From positions 129,332,001-129,396,000 of the forward strand of contig CM068742.1 in NCBI GenBank assembly GCA_035084275.1: 64,000 nucleotides of DNA. Reading direction: 5' to 3'. The position numbers and the translations under genes were made by a program. Under the pieces are notes generated by a model. That model saw only the letters and a program-made list of their open reading frames with translations. It did not search any database and was not told the DNA's origin. Of this stretch, positions 1 through 12,822 are shown piece by piece. This stretch comes from Hydrolagus colliei (Eukaryota). Each line of letters starts with the position of its first letter. Within the stretch, counting starts at the first letter, position 1.

Positions 1-240
1 TCCCACACTGTGGAACTCCATCCCGGAGCCCCTCCACCTTGCTTCCTCCCTTTCCTCCTTCAAGGCCGGTCTCAAGACCTTCCTCTTCGACTGCGCCTTC
101 GGCTGCCCCACTAACTCTTCCCCCTCTCCTTCCCCCTACCCCGACCCTCCCTCACCCGCTCGGCCCAACCTGACTGTTCAGCACATTGGGACGTCGTTCC
201 GACGTGAAAGGCGCAATATAAGTGCAATTTTGTTGTTGTA
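1..240 (+). mobile_element. L2-clade LINE 3' end
   Basis: PTLWNSIP-type ORF2 end, C-rich 3' UTR, terminal hairpin and (TTG)n tail. Confidence 0.9.
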
Positions 241-927
241 TATATGGAAGTCTAAAAGTACGTTGTACATTATCTTGGTATTTAGTTGATTCACTTTACA
301 GTATATTCTGTGAAGTGCTTAGGGACGTCTCAAACATGTGATAAGTGGCTATAACAAATGCAAGAATTATGATTATTTCTTAACGTATAATAATATTATT
401 ACTGTTTAGCACAAGAGATCAAAAATATATAGAAAATACAGCAGAAAAGCCAGGCTGGGAATTTAACTACCTAAAGCTTAGTCTTCATTCGGAACCATGT
501 GCTTTTCTCATTTAGATTATAATTCTGAAAACAGCAAACAACATCCAAACAAATGTATTGCCGATGCATAAATTTACTAAGGCCTTCAACTCATCTGCAA
601 ATAAAAAGCTTTTTTTAAAAAAAAACTTGTTGCAGGAGAATCTCACGCAGAAAATACTACCGTGGGAGGGGGGGGAAGTTATTCAACAGTACATCATGCA
701 TTCATCAGTGATTTTCATGTAATGATTTTGAACACTTTAAAAGTTTTTTGTGTTTCCAGTTTTATTATAAATGTATAATAAGCCTTGCATTCCCATTATT
801 TGATCCCTCCAGAGTACTTGTTAATCCCAGCTAACACCCACATGCCTGGAGTTCATCATTCTCCTTGACATTTTTGATCCGGCTAAAACATGAATAAAAC
901 AGACCTTGGCTCAACCACTAATAGTCT

Positions 928-2224
928 AGTCCTGTAACTCAGTGATTAAAGCACTCGCTTCGCAAGTGAGAGGACCTGGGTTCAATTCCCAGCAGGGCAA
1001 AAGCTTGGGGAAGTTTCCTTACTCCACACGTCTGTTTACCTAACAGTAAGAAAGAATCTTACCACAATTGACTGGTTGATCCAATTGGTGGATCACTTTT
1101 CCAGGGGTAATATCATTCATTCAAAATAAATATTAGTGAAATCACTCAATCCACGAACGTTTGTGGGACATTGAGTCCTGGACGAGGGCAAATTTCCTAC
1201 AACTCAATGTCAACAAGACAGAAGCCCTCCTGATTGGCTCACGTCACGCCTCCGCACCTCAGGCGCTGCCAACATCAGTGTTCAAGGCTGCTCTCTCCAC
1301 CTCTCGAAGCCAATCAGGAATCTGAGCGTCTTGTTCGACCCTGAGCTATCCTTCCTCCCCCACATCCGCTCCATGACCGGCACACCCTTCCATCACCTTC
1401 GCAATATTACCAGACTCTGCCACTACCTCACCCCCAACACCGCCAAAACCCTTGTCCACGCCTTTATCACTTCCAGGCTCGACTGTGGGAACTCTCCTCA
1501 TCGGCCTCCCCAGCTCCTCCCTTCACAGGCTGCAGATCATTCAGAATTCTGCAGCTTGTGTACTCTCCCATACCAGGCTTCGCGACCACATCACTCCCAC
1601 CCTCACCCATCTCCAATGGCTCCCCATCACCCAGAGGATCGAATTCAAGATCCTTGTCCTCACTTTCAAGGCCATTCACGGCCTTGCCCCCGCCTATCTC
1701 TCTGACCTACTGTCTCCCTATCAGCCTGCCCTCACCTTCCATTCAGCAGACTCAGGTCTGCTCCGCGTCCACCACCCTAACCGCCCAACCATCGGTGGCC
1801 GGGCTTTTAGCCGCTCTGGTCCCACACTGTGGAATTCCATCCCGCAGCCCCTCCGCCTCACTTCCTCCCTTTCCTCCTGCAAGGCCGGTCTCAAGACCTT
1901 CATCTTCGACCGTGCCTTCAGCTGCCTCACTAACTCTTCCACCTCTCCCACTCTCCTTCCCCCTACTTCGACCCTCCCCCATCCCCCACCCACCCCGCTC
2001 AGGTCCTGACCTGACTGTTCAGCGCTTTGGGACGTCCTCCTGACGTGAAAGGCGCTATCTAAGTGCAATTTTGTTGTTGTTGTTGGGACACTGCTGTGTG
2101 AAAAATTGGCTGCTGCATTTCGTCTACAAAATAGTCAATTTACTTTACAGTATATTCTGTGAAGCATTTCGAGACATCTTGAAGACGTGATAAGACGCTA
2201 TATCAAATGCAAAGATTATTTATT
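928..2224 (+). mobile_element. tRNA-derived SINE split by an L2 insertion (SINE parts 928-1170 and 2085-2224)
   Basis: A-box and B-box head (gtaactcagtga, ggttcaattcc). The body resumes after the L2 tail, and gggaca is duplicated at the junctions. Confidence 0.88.
1171..2084 (+). mobile_element. 5'-truncated L2 LINE with frameshifted ORF2 C-terminus
   Basis: ORFs 1331-1705 and 1452-2009 give LVHAFITSRLD...LQWLPITQRIEFK...PTLWNSIP; hairpin and (TTG)n tail present. Confidence 0.93.
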
Positions 2225-2469
2225 TGTTTGCTTTCTGGAAGGTCCATTTCCTGTACTCATGTCATGTGATAAATTCATGACACCTTGGAGCCACCACTGT
2301 GATCCTCACACCACAGCATTAGTAAACACAACATATTGAGTCACCAAATCAATTCACCGAGCAAGGTGCCACTTAATTCCAAATCTATCAGCTATGACGG
2401 TTTTTTGATATATGATAGAGAAATTATTTCCCAGATCAGTGATTCAGTAATTAGAGTATTAATTTACCA

Positions 2470-2700
2470 GAGGCAAAGGGGGAAGATCAGAAGAATTCTT
2501 TTTACAGAGAGATGCTAGGATTTGCTGGGTGTGGTGGTTGAGGTAAGGTTAATATTAGCTTTTAAGAGGGAACAAGCTAGATATCTAAAAATAAATGGTT
2601 TACGGGTCTATGGGGAAAAGGCAAAAGGGAATTGGGACTGATCAATGCTCTTCTAGTCAGCACTGTCACAGTGGGGCAAATACTCTTTTGTCAATGCTAA
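2470..2700 (+). mobile_element. Old degraded CR1 3' fragment
   Basis: Resembles the RG.IRRxFFTER end of CR1 ORF2 followed by a degraded CR1 3' UTR. Confidence 0.55.
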
Positions 2701-3798
2701 TTGACAACGACGTATGAATCCCTCTATGCCACCCCCCAAAACACTTTGAGGAGTCAAAACTGACTCACTTACCTGTACCTTTTCATGATTGTGGTGATGT
2801 TTTCACACAGCTCGCCAGCTGACTGACTGGTAGCCCAGATCTGCCCCTGCTGTGAAGCTATTAAAAAGTTCAAGGTTGAAAGGTTTACTCTTTAGACCTA
2901 CAATACCAAGGAGGAGCTGCAGCTCAAACTCTGTTCTGAGTGCAGACTGACCTCTGGATGATATTAGCTGAAGTTGCGGAAAATAACACCTTTGCTGTTT
3001 TAATGCTCGATGTACAACATGATCGAAAAGGGATTGAGTAACAATAACTTTTATTTAGCAACTTTCACATAAAAATAAACATCTTGAAATGTTTTATTGA
3101 CCAAAACTGAATGATAATATAATTATATATGCAAACCAGATTGCTATTCTGCTTCAACAAAATCCCATAAACAACAGCAACAAAATTACATCTGTATCGT
3201 GCCTTTCACGTTGGAAGGACATACCAACGACAAGATGAGTGGTTGAATTATCAACCTGGCTCTGTTTGTAGTAGTCTTTCCCCTGTGTTGTGGGTTCACG
3301 CAACAAACTGGAACTTTGAGCGCAAAGTTCTGTTACCGATGCACGGCTGGGGGAGTGCTTATTGTACATACATCCTTCAAACAAGACTTTAAACCAAGCT
3401 GTCTGCTGATTCAGGTGGACATCAAAGAGAAGGAAGTTTCTTCTGGTGACTTGGTCAACAATCCATCAGATAAATTGGTCATACATTTCTTGGCTGCCTG
3501 TGTGACACTGTTGTGTGTAAATTGGCTGCCGTGTTCATCTGCAAATAGTCACTACACTTCACAATAAAATTTGCAAAGCAGTTTGAGATGCTTGGACAAA
3601 ATGACTATATCAATCGATTTATTATTCAGACGAACTTGGGGTAAATTTGGTTTAGGAAGGGAATATAAACCAAGATACCAGGAAAAAGATTCCAGTTTTT
3701 TTCCTCAAACAGTAAAAGTTGGTATCTTTATGTCCATTTGATCACAAGGCAGACAGAACCTAAATTAATATCCACAATCAAAGAATGGGATGATGATC

Positions 3799-3890
3799 CA
3801 ACAACAACAACAACAACAACAACAACAAAAAAAAACAATTACACTTATAAAGCGCCTTTCACGTCGGGAGGACGTCCCAAGGCGCTACAC
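3799..3890 (-). mobile_element. L2 tail-only insertion with (CAA)n run
   Basis: Perfect L2 terminal hairpin at 3851-3886 plus tail repeat. Confidence 0.85.
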
Positions 3891-5264
3891 AGGAGGCGTG
3901 TGACCCGAGCTGGGAAGGGGGTGTTCGGGAAGGAGTGAAACAAGGGGTGAAACAATATGCATGTAGCAAACCTCACATAAGTTGTATCAGCAGGGACCAT
4001 ACATAAAATATGTGTTTTGTAAAGTATGAATTGTGTCAAACTTTGCATAGAATATAAACTTTTTAATGGGATTTGGGTAGATCTATGACTTTTGAGATTT
4101 ATAAAGATCAGATTATTTTACTGTGTGTGTGTATACACATGTATGATTGAAAAAGGAAATGTAGTTGCAGTAGATCTGGTAAGAAACACACATTTCATAA
4201 TTCAGCTGATTGAATACAGACCTTATGGAGATATGTTTTGCATCAGACTACTATTGCAAAAAAGTCATCTACAGAATTGGAACAAAAGAGTAGAACATGC
4301 TCAGTGTTGGCAGTTTATTCTACTTTGTCCATTTATAACAAACTGCAGATGGTTAAAGAGGGAAATGACATGAAATAATCGAAATAACAATGAGAGCAAA
4401 CAGTTTTAATGCAGCAACATCATGTTCATGGTTGAGTATATCAAACAATTCAAACTTCACACACCTTTGCTACATCTAAGCCCCTTTTACCAACAGTAGA
4501 AAACCTCTCACACCATAAAGTCAGTCATGTAAATGCACGTTATATATAACTTTTGTAATCCTGCTAAAGGCAAAGGATTAAAAGAAGCAAAGTTTGCTTA
4601 TCTCATCCTCAATAACCAATTTAGAAATGCTACTGGATACAATAGTATTCTTGCAGGTGTTTGCAACAAATCTCATCCTACCCAACAAGGAAACTGTTCA
4701 TTTGTTATCTGGTTTCGACAGGATAGAATAGGGCTCTCGATGACAATTTAAAAATCCTCCGAGAGTTGCTTTAAACAGCTGGAGCACCAAACAACATGAA
4801 ATGAACTTGCAAGCAAGCTACCTGCCATTCATTTTCCTTCTGTTCAATATAAAACCCTGCTGTTTCATTTGCAAAGTATGCTTGAACGAAAGTGAAAGAG
4901 CCAAACAAGAGTGATTCGATAATGGTGTCAAATAAAACTAAAAGACAAAAATAAGTGCAACAAACATTACTGGAAATGATAGCAAGAGTACAAAAATATT
5001 TTAGTACAGATAAGCATGTTAATATTTTTAAAGTCTCTCCCAGATCAGAAAATCTTATTCCTGAGAGAGACTTGAAAAGTTATTCATTCATATCCACAAA
5101 AGTTCTTGTGTTCTTTTTCTCAGGAAGAGAATCCAGATGTTTCAGTGTCGCTTTCCATTATTCAGAGGAAGGCGCAATTCTGTAATATGATGCAAATATG
5201 ATGCTACCTGGATTGAATTCTTGAATGTAGGCAGAGGAATCTTCCTTCACTTTTCCAGCAAGTA

Positions 5265-5309
5265 TTTATTTCACTTTTTTGTTTTAAACTGGTCAGCGTT
5301 GCCTTTATT
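5265..5309 (-). promoter_or_regulatory. Candidate proximal polyadenylation signals (AATAAA x2) in the KDM4C 3' UTR
   Basis: tttatt on the + strand at 5265-5270 and 5304-5309. Usage unknown; the hexamer is common in AT-rich DNA. Confidence 0.25.
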
Positions 5310-5396
5310 GCATCCAAAGCAGTGCATAGGCAGACGTCTTATTGAAGACACTGTTCGAAAGAAACAACTGTTCTCTTTTTGGCTGTCAGCATGATT

Positions 5397-5567
5397 TTAT
5401 TGTCCTTGACGACAATGAGTTTGAAAGAAGTTTCCCAAGAACGTGCGATAACCTGGATCGTTCACGTACTCATTCATGAATTTGGAATTCAAGACTCTCG
5501 GTCGCTTTTTGGCCTGAATGCTTTCATTGGAAAACGTAGCCTCATAGCGCATGTCTGAAGCTGAAGA
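5397..5567 (-). CDS. KDM4C: KDM4C last coding exon (SSASDMRYEATFSNESIQAKKRPRVLNSKFMNEYVNDPGYRTFLGNFFQTHCRQGQ*)
   Basis: Acceptor tgtttttcag, 56 codons plus TAA; not in the ORF track. The tail NEYVxDPxYRTFL is KDM4C-like rather than KDM4A- or KDM4B-like. Confidence 0.92.
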   Translation of the reverse strand, partial: SSASDMRYEATFSNESIQAKKRPRVLNSKFMNEYVNDPGYRTFLGNFFQTHCRQGQ

Positions 5568-5912
5568 CTGAAAAACATAATGTGAGTTAGGAAATATATA
5601 AAAGGTCTAACATGCAATGCTAACTTTGATACAATAAATCAAAGTCTCACCTCCTACCTACGGGTCCATGGAACCTCGCCTGAGATTACACATAAGCACC
5701 AATGACAAATGTGAGATGGTTACCAAACTATACCCATTGGTTCACAATCTATGAAAATCGCAAGATCAGTTTGAATGAAGAAGGCTTCTGAATTAACGGT
5801 TGTTCTGCTGTCACCAGAAGGAATTCCATTTGCACAATTCAGATTTCATGTCTATAAACTGCGTTAGGAAATAAAGCAGTAAATTCAACCCAGGTTTATT
5901 CTTTGAAGCAGA

Positions 5913-7145
5913 ACAACAACAGCAACAACTTAAGTGGAAAGGGAGGAAACAAGGCGGAGGGATTGGAGGATGGAATTCCACAGGGTGGGAGCGGAGAAAC
6001 TGAAGGCCCGGCCTCCGATGATGGGGCGGTTCAAGCGGGGGACTTGGAGCAAACCAAGTCCTGCTGAACGGAGGGTCCGGGTGGGCTTATAGGGGGTGAG
6101 TAGATCGGTTAAATAGGGCGGGGCAAGGCCGTGTAAGGCCTTGAAGGTGAGGACGAGGATCTTGAACTCGATCCTCTGGAGGATGGGGAGCCAGTGGAGA
6201 CGGGCGACGATGGGGGTTATGTGGTTGCGGAGGCGGGTGCGGGATAGTACACGGGCTGCAGAGTTTTGGATGATCTGCAGCCTGTGAATGGAGGAACTGG
6301 GGAGGCCGACGAAGAGAGAGTTTCCGTAGTCCAGCCGTGAGGTGATGTATGCGTGCACGAGTGTTTCGGCAGCGTGGGGGGTGAGATAGTTGCGGAGCCT
6401 GGCAATGTTGCGTAGGTGGAAATAAGCGGTGCTGGTCAAGGCACGGATGTGGGGGAGGAAGGAGAGTTTATGGTCGAACGTGATGCCGAGGTTCCTGACT
6501 GGCTTTGTGAGGTGGAGAGTACAGCCTTGGATGTTGAGGCTGGCAGCGCCCGATGTGCGGAGGCGCTGGCTTGAGCCAATCAGGAGGGCCTCGGTCTTGC
6601 TCACGTTCAATTGGAGGAAGTTGTCCCTCGTCCAGGACTCAATGTCGGACAGACATGCTGTCAGAACATCGATGGTCTGGGGGTTGAGGGATGAGGCAGA
6701 AAGGTACAGCTGGGTGTCGTCCGCATACATGTGGAAATTTACTCCATGTTTGCGGATGACATCGCCCAGAGGGAGCGTGTAAATGGTGAAAAGGAGGAGG
6801 CCGAAGACAGAGCCCTGGGGGACGCCATGAGAAACTGTGCGGGGGTTTGAGGAGAAACCGTTGGAAGATACAAAATGTAGGCGGTGAGTCAGGTAGGAAT
6901 GGAACCAGTCAAGGACTGTGCCTTGAAGGTTGAGGTGGGAGGAAAGACGTTGGAGGAGGATGGTGTGATCGACTGTGTCAAACGCAGCAGACAGGTCAAG
7001 GAGGACGAGGAGGCAGAGAGAGCCCTGGTCGCAGGCGGTTAGGATGTGATTAGTGACCTTGACCAGGGCAGTTTCCGTGCTGTGAGCAGGGCGGAAACCT
7101 GATTGGAGGGGTTGAAGGAGTGAATGAGTTGAGAGGAAAGAAGAG
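5913..7145 (-). mobile_element. Young 5'-truncated L2 LINE with uninterrupted reverse transcriptase frame
   Basis: 415-aa ORF with QSGFR, LDLSAAFDTVDH, GVPQGSV, YADDTQLY and LHWLP. Confidence 0.95.
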
Positions 7146-7245
7146 TAATCCACAGAACTGCCCCGACGACCCATCACCCCACCAAATATTCCTACATTTT
7201 ATAAAGCAACCAATTTGCATAGATATTAAGTGCCTTTCAGTTATG

Positions 7246-8073
7246 CTTCAATTTGGTTTCCGTGCTGCCCACATCTGGGCTCTCTCTGCCTCCTGGTCCT
7301 CCTTGACCTCTCTGCCGCGTTTGACACTGTCGACCCATCCATCCTCCTACACCTCCTCAATCTTCGTGGACCTACCCTTGCCCAGTTCGACTCTTACCTC
7401 TCCCACTGTCTCCAGTTTGTCGCCACTAACAGCTTCTCTTTCAGCCCCCGCACTGTCACCTGTGGCATTACCCAGGGCTCTGTCCTTGGTCCTCTCCTTC
7501 TCAATATCTACACCATCCGCAGACATGGGGTCAACTTCCACATGTATATGGATGACACCAAACTCTATCTTTCCGCCTCTATCCTCGATTCTAGGACCAC
7601 AGACTGTCTGTCAGACATCAAGTCCTGGATGAGAGCTAACTTCCCACAGTTCAATATCAACAAAACCGAGGGCCTCCTGATTGGCTCGCCCTAGTGCCCT
7701 CATGGATCAGGCGCTGGCAGCATCAACCTCCATGGATGCACATTCCATCTCACCAAGTCAGTCATGAACCTAAATGTCTTGTTCAATGCTCAACTATCTT
7801 TCCTTCCCCACATCCACACAGTGATCCACTCTGCCTTCCCTCACCTCCACAATATTGCCCAATTCCGCCAATAACTCAGCTCTCAAGCCGCTGAAACTCT
7901 TATCTATGCCTTCATCATGTCCAGGCTTGACTATGTCGACTATGCCCTGCTTGTCATTCTTCCTAATTCCTCCCTCCATAGGTTGCAAATCATCCAGAAC
8001 TCTGCGGCCCGTATCTTCCACCACTCCTAGCTGCGCGACCCCATCTTCCCCATTCTCGCCTGACTCCATTGGC
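7246..8073 (+). mobile_element. Older degraded L2 RT fragment, head-to-head with the previous copy
   Basis: LDLSAAFDTVD, ITQGSVLGP and YMDDTKLY with frameshifts and deletions. Confidence 0.9.
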
Positions 8074-8151
8074 GAGAATGTAGCAACATTGTAGCACACC
8101 CCCAGCATTGCATTGGAGTAGTAGGTTAACCCTAGACTGAGTTGAAAATTC

Positions 8152-8355
8152 CATAAGAACATAAGAAATAGGAGCAGGAGTAGGCCATTCGGCCCTTCGA
8201 GCCTGCCCCGTCATTCAGTAAGATCATGGCTGATCTTCTAATCTAACTCCACCTGCCCGCCTTATCCCCATATCCTTTAATCCATTTATCCATAAGAAAT
8301 CTATCAATTTCAGCCTTTTGGGGATAGAGAATTCCATAAATTCATTGCCCTCTGA
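8152..8355 (-). mobile_element. CR1 3' end, (TTCTTATG)n tail family
   Basis: cataagaacataagaaataggagcaggagtaggccattcggccc is the reverse complement of a CR1 3' UTR and tail. Confidence 0.85.
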
Positions 8356-8901
8356 GTTCTGACATGGGGCTTGAACCCACAACTTTCTAACTCAGCAGCT
8401 ACTCCAAAGGAAACAATTGACCAGTCTTCTAAACTTGACACCATTATTAGTGTTTAATACAGAAACCATATGACTTACTAAAGCAGATCTAAGTAATATG
8501 CATCTTGGACAAGACCCGTTAATGGTTAAAGTGGGTTTTGCACAAAAAGTTACTTTAGCAATCGTTAATTCGTTACGTTAAAAGATTTATGGATTCATTA
8601 TTCAGTCTACAGATATTTTTAAATGATTGACAAAAGATTTTTAAATATTTTTAAATGATTGATTAGAAATTCAGATACAGGGAGGATACCTTTACATTCT
8701 CAACACCCCAATTTTGTTTTGAGAAGGACACAGCATAGCCAGGGTCAAGAAGATTGTTATACATGTGAGGGAAAATAATGCAGGAATTAATATTAAGATA
8801 CTTGAGGGTTGAATTTGAAAACCTGGAAGCAAGTTAATTTATTTTCAAAATAGACCATTTCTAACTGTAAGAACGAAGCACCTACTATATTTAGTTATTA
8901 T

Positions 8902-9227
8902 GGAGTCCTGTAGCTCAGTGGTTAGAGCACTTCGCCTCTCAAGCGAAAGAACCAGTGTTCAATTGGGCGAAACTTTGGGTAACTTTCCTTACTCTTCACA
9001 GGAACCCGATTGTTAGTCGATTTTCTGGGGATTCCTTTTAAAAAAAATGATTGACTTAATGGTTACTTAATCCATGACTTTTTGAGGGAGACTGCTGTGC
9101 ACTGCATTGACTCCTGCATTTTGCCCACAAAATTTAGTCAATTCACTTTACAGTATATTCCGTGAAGCACTTTGACGAGTCTAAAATATGTGATAAAGTG
9201 TTCTATCAAATGCAAGGAGTATTGTTA
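8902..9227 (+). mobile_element. tRNA-derived SINE, near full length
   Basis: ggagtcctgtagctcagtggttagagcac head, conserved body, aatgcaagg tail. Confidence 0.88.
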
Positions 9228-9740
9228 GTAGAAATGATGTTTCATCCACTCATGCACATTACAGGTGGGTTATTGGATAACAACCGGAACCCCTCAACTG
9301 TGTTTTTTCCTTTACCAGCCCAGGGGAAACTGAGGCCACTGATACCTTGAACAGTATGGATTCATTTTGCATTGTTTAGTAGCTTTATCAGTTGAACCTT
9401 AGAAGGAACTCTGCATAGCTTATATATGGTTATCTATTATGTAGTCTGTCTCTATCTCTAATTCTGGAGTCTCTGTAAGTATTTGGAAATAAATGAACCA
9501 GTTTATGGCATAAATGTAGACAGGTTGACACTGAGACACATGAAAGCCAAATAAAATATAGTTAGTACATATTCTACGACTCAGCTCATGTTTTTTTTAT
9601 TTACTTGATTTTTAGTTTGGTTTCCAACCTTCATTTGCTCTTCTAAGAATGCCTCTAAGAAAATCAAAGCTACTTGATAAATGGGATAAATTAAGTTAGC
9701 TTTGCCACATTTTAGAAAAATCTGCTATATACATTTTACA

Positions 9741-10150
9741 ATTCAAGATCCTGGTCCTCACATTCAAAGCCTTCCATGGCCTCGTCACACTCTACCTTTG
9801 ACCTCCTAACCCCCTACCAACTTGCCCACCCCTCCGCTCAGTAGGCTCTGGCCTTCTCTACGTCCCCCGACCCACCCCCCACCATTGGCGGGTGAGCCTT
9901 CAGCCACTCTACCCCTAACCTCTGGAATTCCATCCCGTAGTCCCTCCACCTCGCCCCCTCACTCGCCTCCTTCAAGTCCCGCCTCAAGACCCTCCTCTTC
10001 GACGGGCCCATCGCTCACCCCAAATGCCCTCTTCTCCCTCCATCGTCCCCAATCCTGACCCCAGTTCGGGTCTGAAACACAGACTGTCCAGCGCCTTGGG
10101 ACATTCTCCCGGTGTGAATGGCACTATACAAATGTAATTTTGTTGCAGGT
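9741..10150 (+). mobile_element. L2 3' fragment
   Basis: FKILVLTFKA start, hairpin and ttgttg tail. Confidence 0.88.
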
Positions 10151-10169
10151 GTTGTATAATAATACCAAT

Positions 10170-10460
10170 AATTATTGCATTTATCATGGTGCGATGTCTC
10201 AAAGCAATTCACACAATATTTTGTAAAATGAACTGACTTGTGTATATTGTGGGCAAAACAGGACAGCCAATTGCATATAGCAGTGTATCACAAACAGTCC
10301 TTTTTCTAGGCGGGGGGGGAGGGGGGGAATTATTACCGTGGAAAGCCATCTGCCAATGGACTAGCAACTGGGTTCCTAATTACTGATAGGTAAACAGAGG
10401 TGTGTGGAGTAAGAAAACTTGCCTAAGGTTTTCGACATCAATCTCTGAGCTACATGACTG
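10170..10460 (-). mobile_element. tRNA-derived SINE, degraded
   Basis: Reverse complement of the SINE body (gtggagtaagaaaacttgcc, cagccaattgc). Confidence 0.8.
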
Positions 10461-11329
10461 CTACAATCAACACGGAACATCAAAATGGGTCTGTGATTAC
10501 TGAATAATGCAGCATTTTCCTATGTGCAAGTAAGGAGATAAGGGATGTGCTCTGAGCATGGAGCTGTGGATATGCTCGACTCATGCATATTTTCACTGAG
10601 GCAACAACAACCTGGATTTCATTTCTTTACACAATTTAAGTTATGAATCCATCCAACCCTGGTCATTTAAAATTTGACAATTTATTAATGGTACGAAGAC
10701 ACAATGCTTCCTGAAAGATGATAGTCTGGTCCAAGAAAATTATTACAAGTCGAATGCAGACGGCAGATTAATTTTTGGTTGGTGTCTCTTTTGAGGGTGA
10801 TGGCTCTTAGAAGTAGCAATCATTCATAAAAGTGTTTTAAAGCCCCGGGATGATTTATTTGGTTGAGAATGCTGGGATAGAAGCCACATTTCATAGCTTG
10901 GAAAAGAAATAGAAATTTCCCGTCTCGATTTCAATCCTCAATAAAGCTGATGAGCAAATTCCACATTTACCATTAGCGTTTACTGAGTTATATAACCCTG
11001 AGGCAGATTTGTAATATCACAGTGAAGCTAAACATCTGCCAAGACTATGCAATATTTGTGCTATTCAGTTTTTAACTTGAGCTTTTTAATAAATACATAT
11101 TTTGCATTAAATTGTGGCTATTTAAAGGTCAAATGATGAGTTAAGTTACTACCGGTAAACAAAAATATGGCAGCAAAACAAACACGTGCTTTTTTTTCAA
11201 AACAACAATGCAGATTTTATGCAATTAACAAGAAATACATTTTCAAGTGTTTTCCTCTTTAGTTAGACATCTGCTGTAATGTTGTGGGATGTGACAGTTA
11301 TTGCTTATACCTGAATGTTGAAAGAATTT

Positions 11330-11655
11330 GCAACGGTTGTGGGCTAATGTCCCACTTTGAAATTTGTATGCACAATATAGATGCTGTCTTTCAGATAAGA
11401 TGCAAAACCAAGATGGTGTTCTTCAGTGGATGTTAAATACACTATTTGTGAAGAGAAGGGAGTTTCTCCAGCATCCGAGCCTATAATCCTCCAGATTAAT
11501 TGGACATTTACCTCATGGTTATATATGGGACCCTGCTGTGCACAAAATGGCTGCCGTGCTCCAGTAAAACCTCATTACCCTTGACGGTAATTACTGCAGC
11601 ACACTGGAGACATTTTGATGTAATAAGGTGCAATGAAAATGCGTGTTCTTTCCAT
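11330..11655 (+). mobile_element. Old Deu-domain SINE (SacSINE1/AmnSINE1-like)
   Basis: cactatttgtgaagagaagggagtttctcc and gggaccctgctgtgcacaaaatggctgcc resemble the Deu core as I recall it. Confidence 0.65.
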
Positions 11656-12147
11656 TTTTTTGTGCGGGGGTGGAGGGGGGAGGAGAAAGAAAAGAAACTA
11701 CATTAATTCACACAAGCTTGAAGTCTTGATTGTACCATCAGATGGCAATGCAGTGGTAAACTGTTAAGACACCACTCTCGCACACCTCCTTGTGGCAGAT
11801 TTAGGGGCATTATTGACAAGAGAGGTTTGTGAGCAACAGCAACAACAAGATTACACTTGTAAAGCGCTTTTCACATCAGGAGGACATCCCAAAGCGCTGG
11901 CAGAGCAAGACAGATCGCTGCACAGCCAAAGCTTGGCTTTGTGCCATAAGGAAATAAAATGGGAGAAGGAGAACATTAGTGGATTGTTGTGACTCTTAAA
12001 ATAAACCATACAAGAAAAAACAGAACAATTATAAATTAAATCTCATCAAAGCACATTTGAGTAATTATTGCAAAAGTGCGATGACAGTTTTTGTAGACAA
12101 ATACAGCAGCCATTTTGCAAGGGATCTCAAACAAGCATAATAATAAT

Positions 12148-12308
12148 TTTTTTAAAAGACAATTAGATCTTTATTTAGGGAGAACAGGTCTGTTCGGTTA
12201 TGGGGAGAGAGCTGGGCAGTGGGATTGTGTTGCTCTTTTCAAAGAGCCGGCACAGACTAGATGGGCCAAATGGCCTCCTATTGTGCTGTAAAATTCTATG
12301 ATTCCATG
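12148..12308 (+). mobile_element. CR1 3' end, (ATTCTATG)n family, inserted in the tail of a minus-strand SINE fragment (12309-12405)
   Basis: Very similar to 47960-48114; flanked by ataataataat and aatccttgcattt. Confidence 0.85.
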
Positions 12309-12429
12309 AATCCTTGCATTTGATATGGCGCTTTTCACATCTTATCGATGTCTCAAAGCACTTCACAGAAAATACTGTAAAGTGAATTGACTGTATATAT
12401 TTGTGTTATAAATATCATATATATATATG

Positions 12430-12700
12430 CATAGGTATAAATGACCGTCAATGTTTATGATTATTGGCCAGGACACTGGCAGAAATGTTCTTTTCTTTTT
12501 GAATAATGTCACAGGAGCTTTAATATCTAGCTTAACAATAGGAATTTGGTTTAATGTCTCACCTGAAGCATGAAACCTTCAATAATGCCAAACTCCCCCA
12601 ATACTGCACTGAAGTGTCAGCCAAGACTTTGAGTTCAAGAGCCAGAACCCATAGCTGTATGACCTAGAGATGAGAGCGCTGTCAACTGAGCCAAGCTGAC
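12430..12700 (-). mobile_element. Old Deu-domain SINE
   Basis: ggccaggacac...ttttgaataatgtcacaggagctttaat...gtcaactgagccaa. Confidence 0.65.
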
Positions 12701-12822
12701 ATTCCAAACTGAAGCAAATTCAGAAGTCAGAGTGGAAAGAATGAAACATGATAAATGTTTCTCAAACCCAATCCAATGCAAAAGTAACACATTTCAAAGT
12801 ATGTCACAAGAAGAATACTTAC

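Noticed and set aside
5930-7177. 415-aa reverse transcriptase ORF as a host gene or retron-like system
   Set aside because: It is a 5'-truncated L2 ORF2 with many degraded siblings in the window; the start codons come from flanking sequence.
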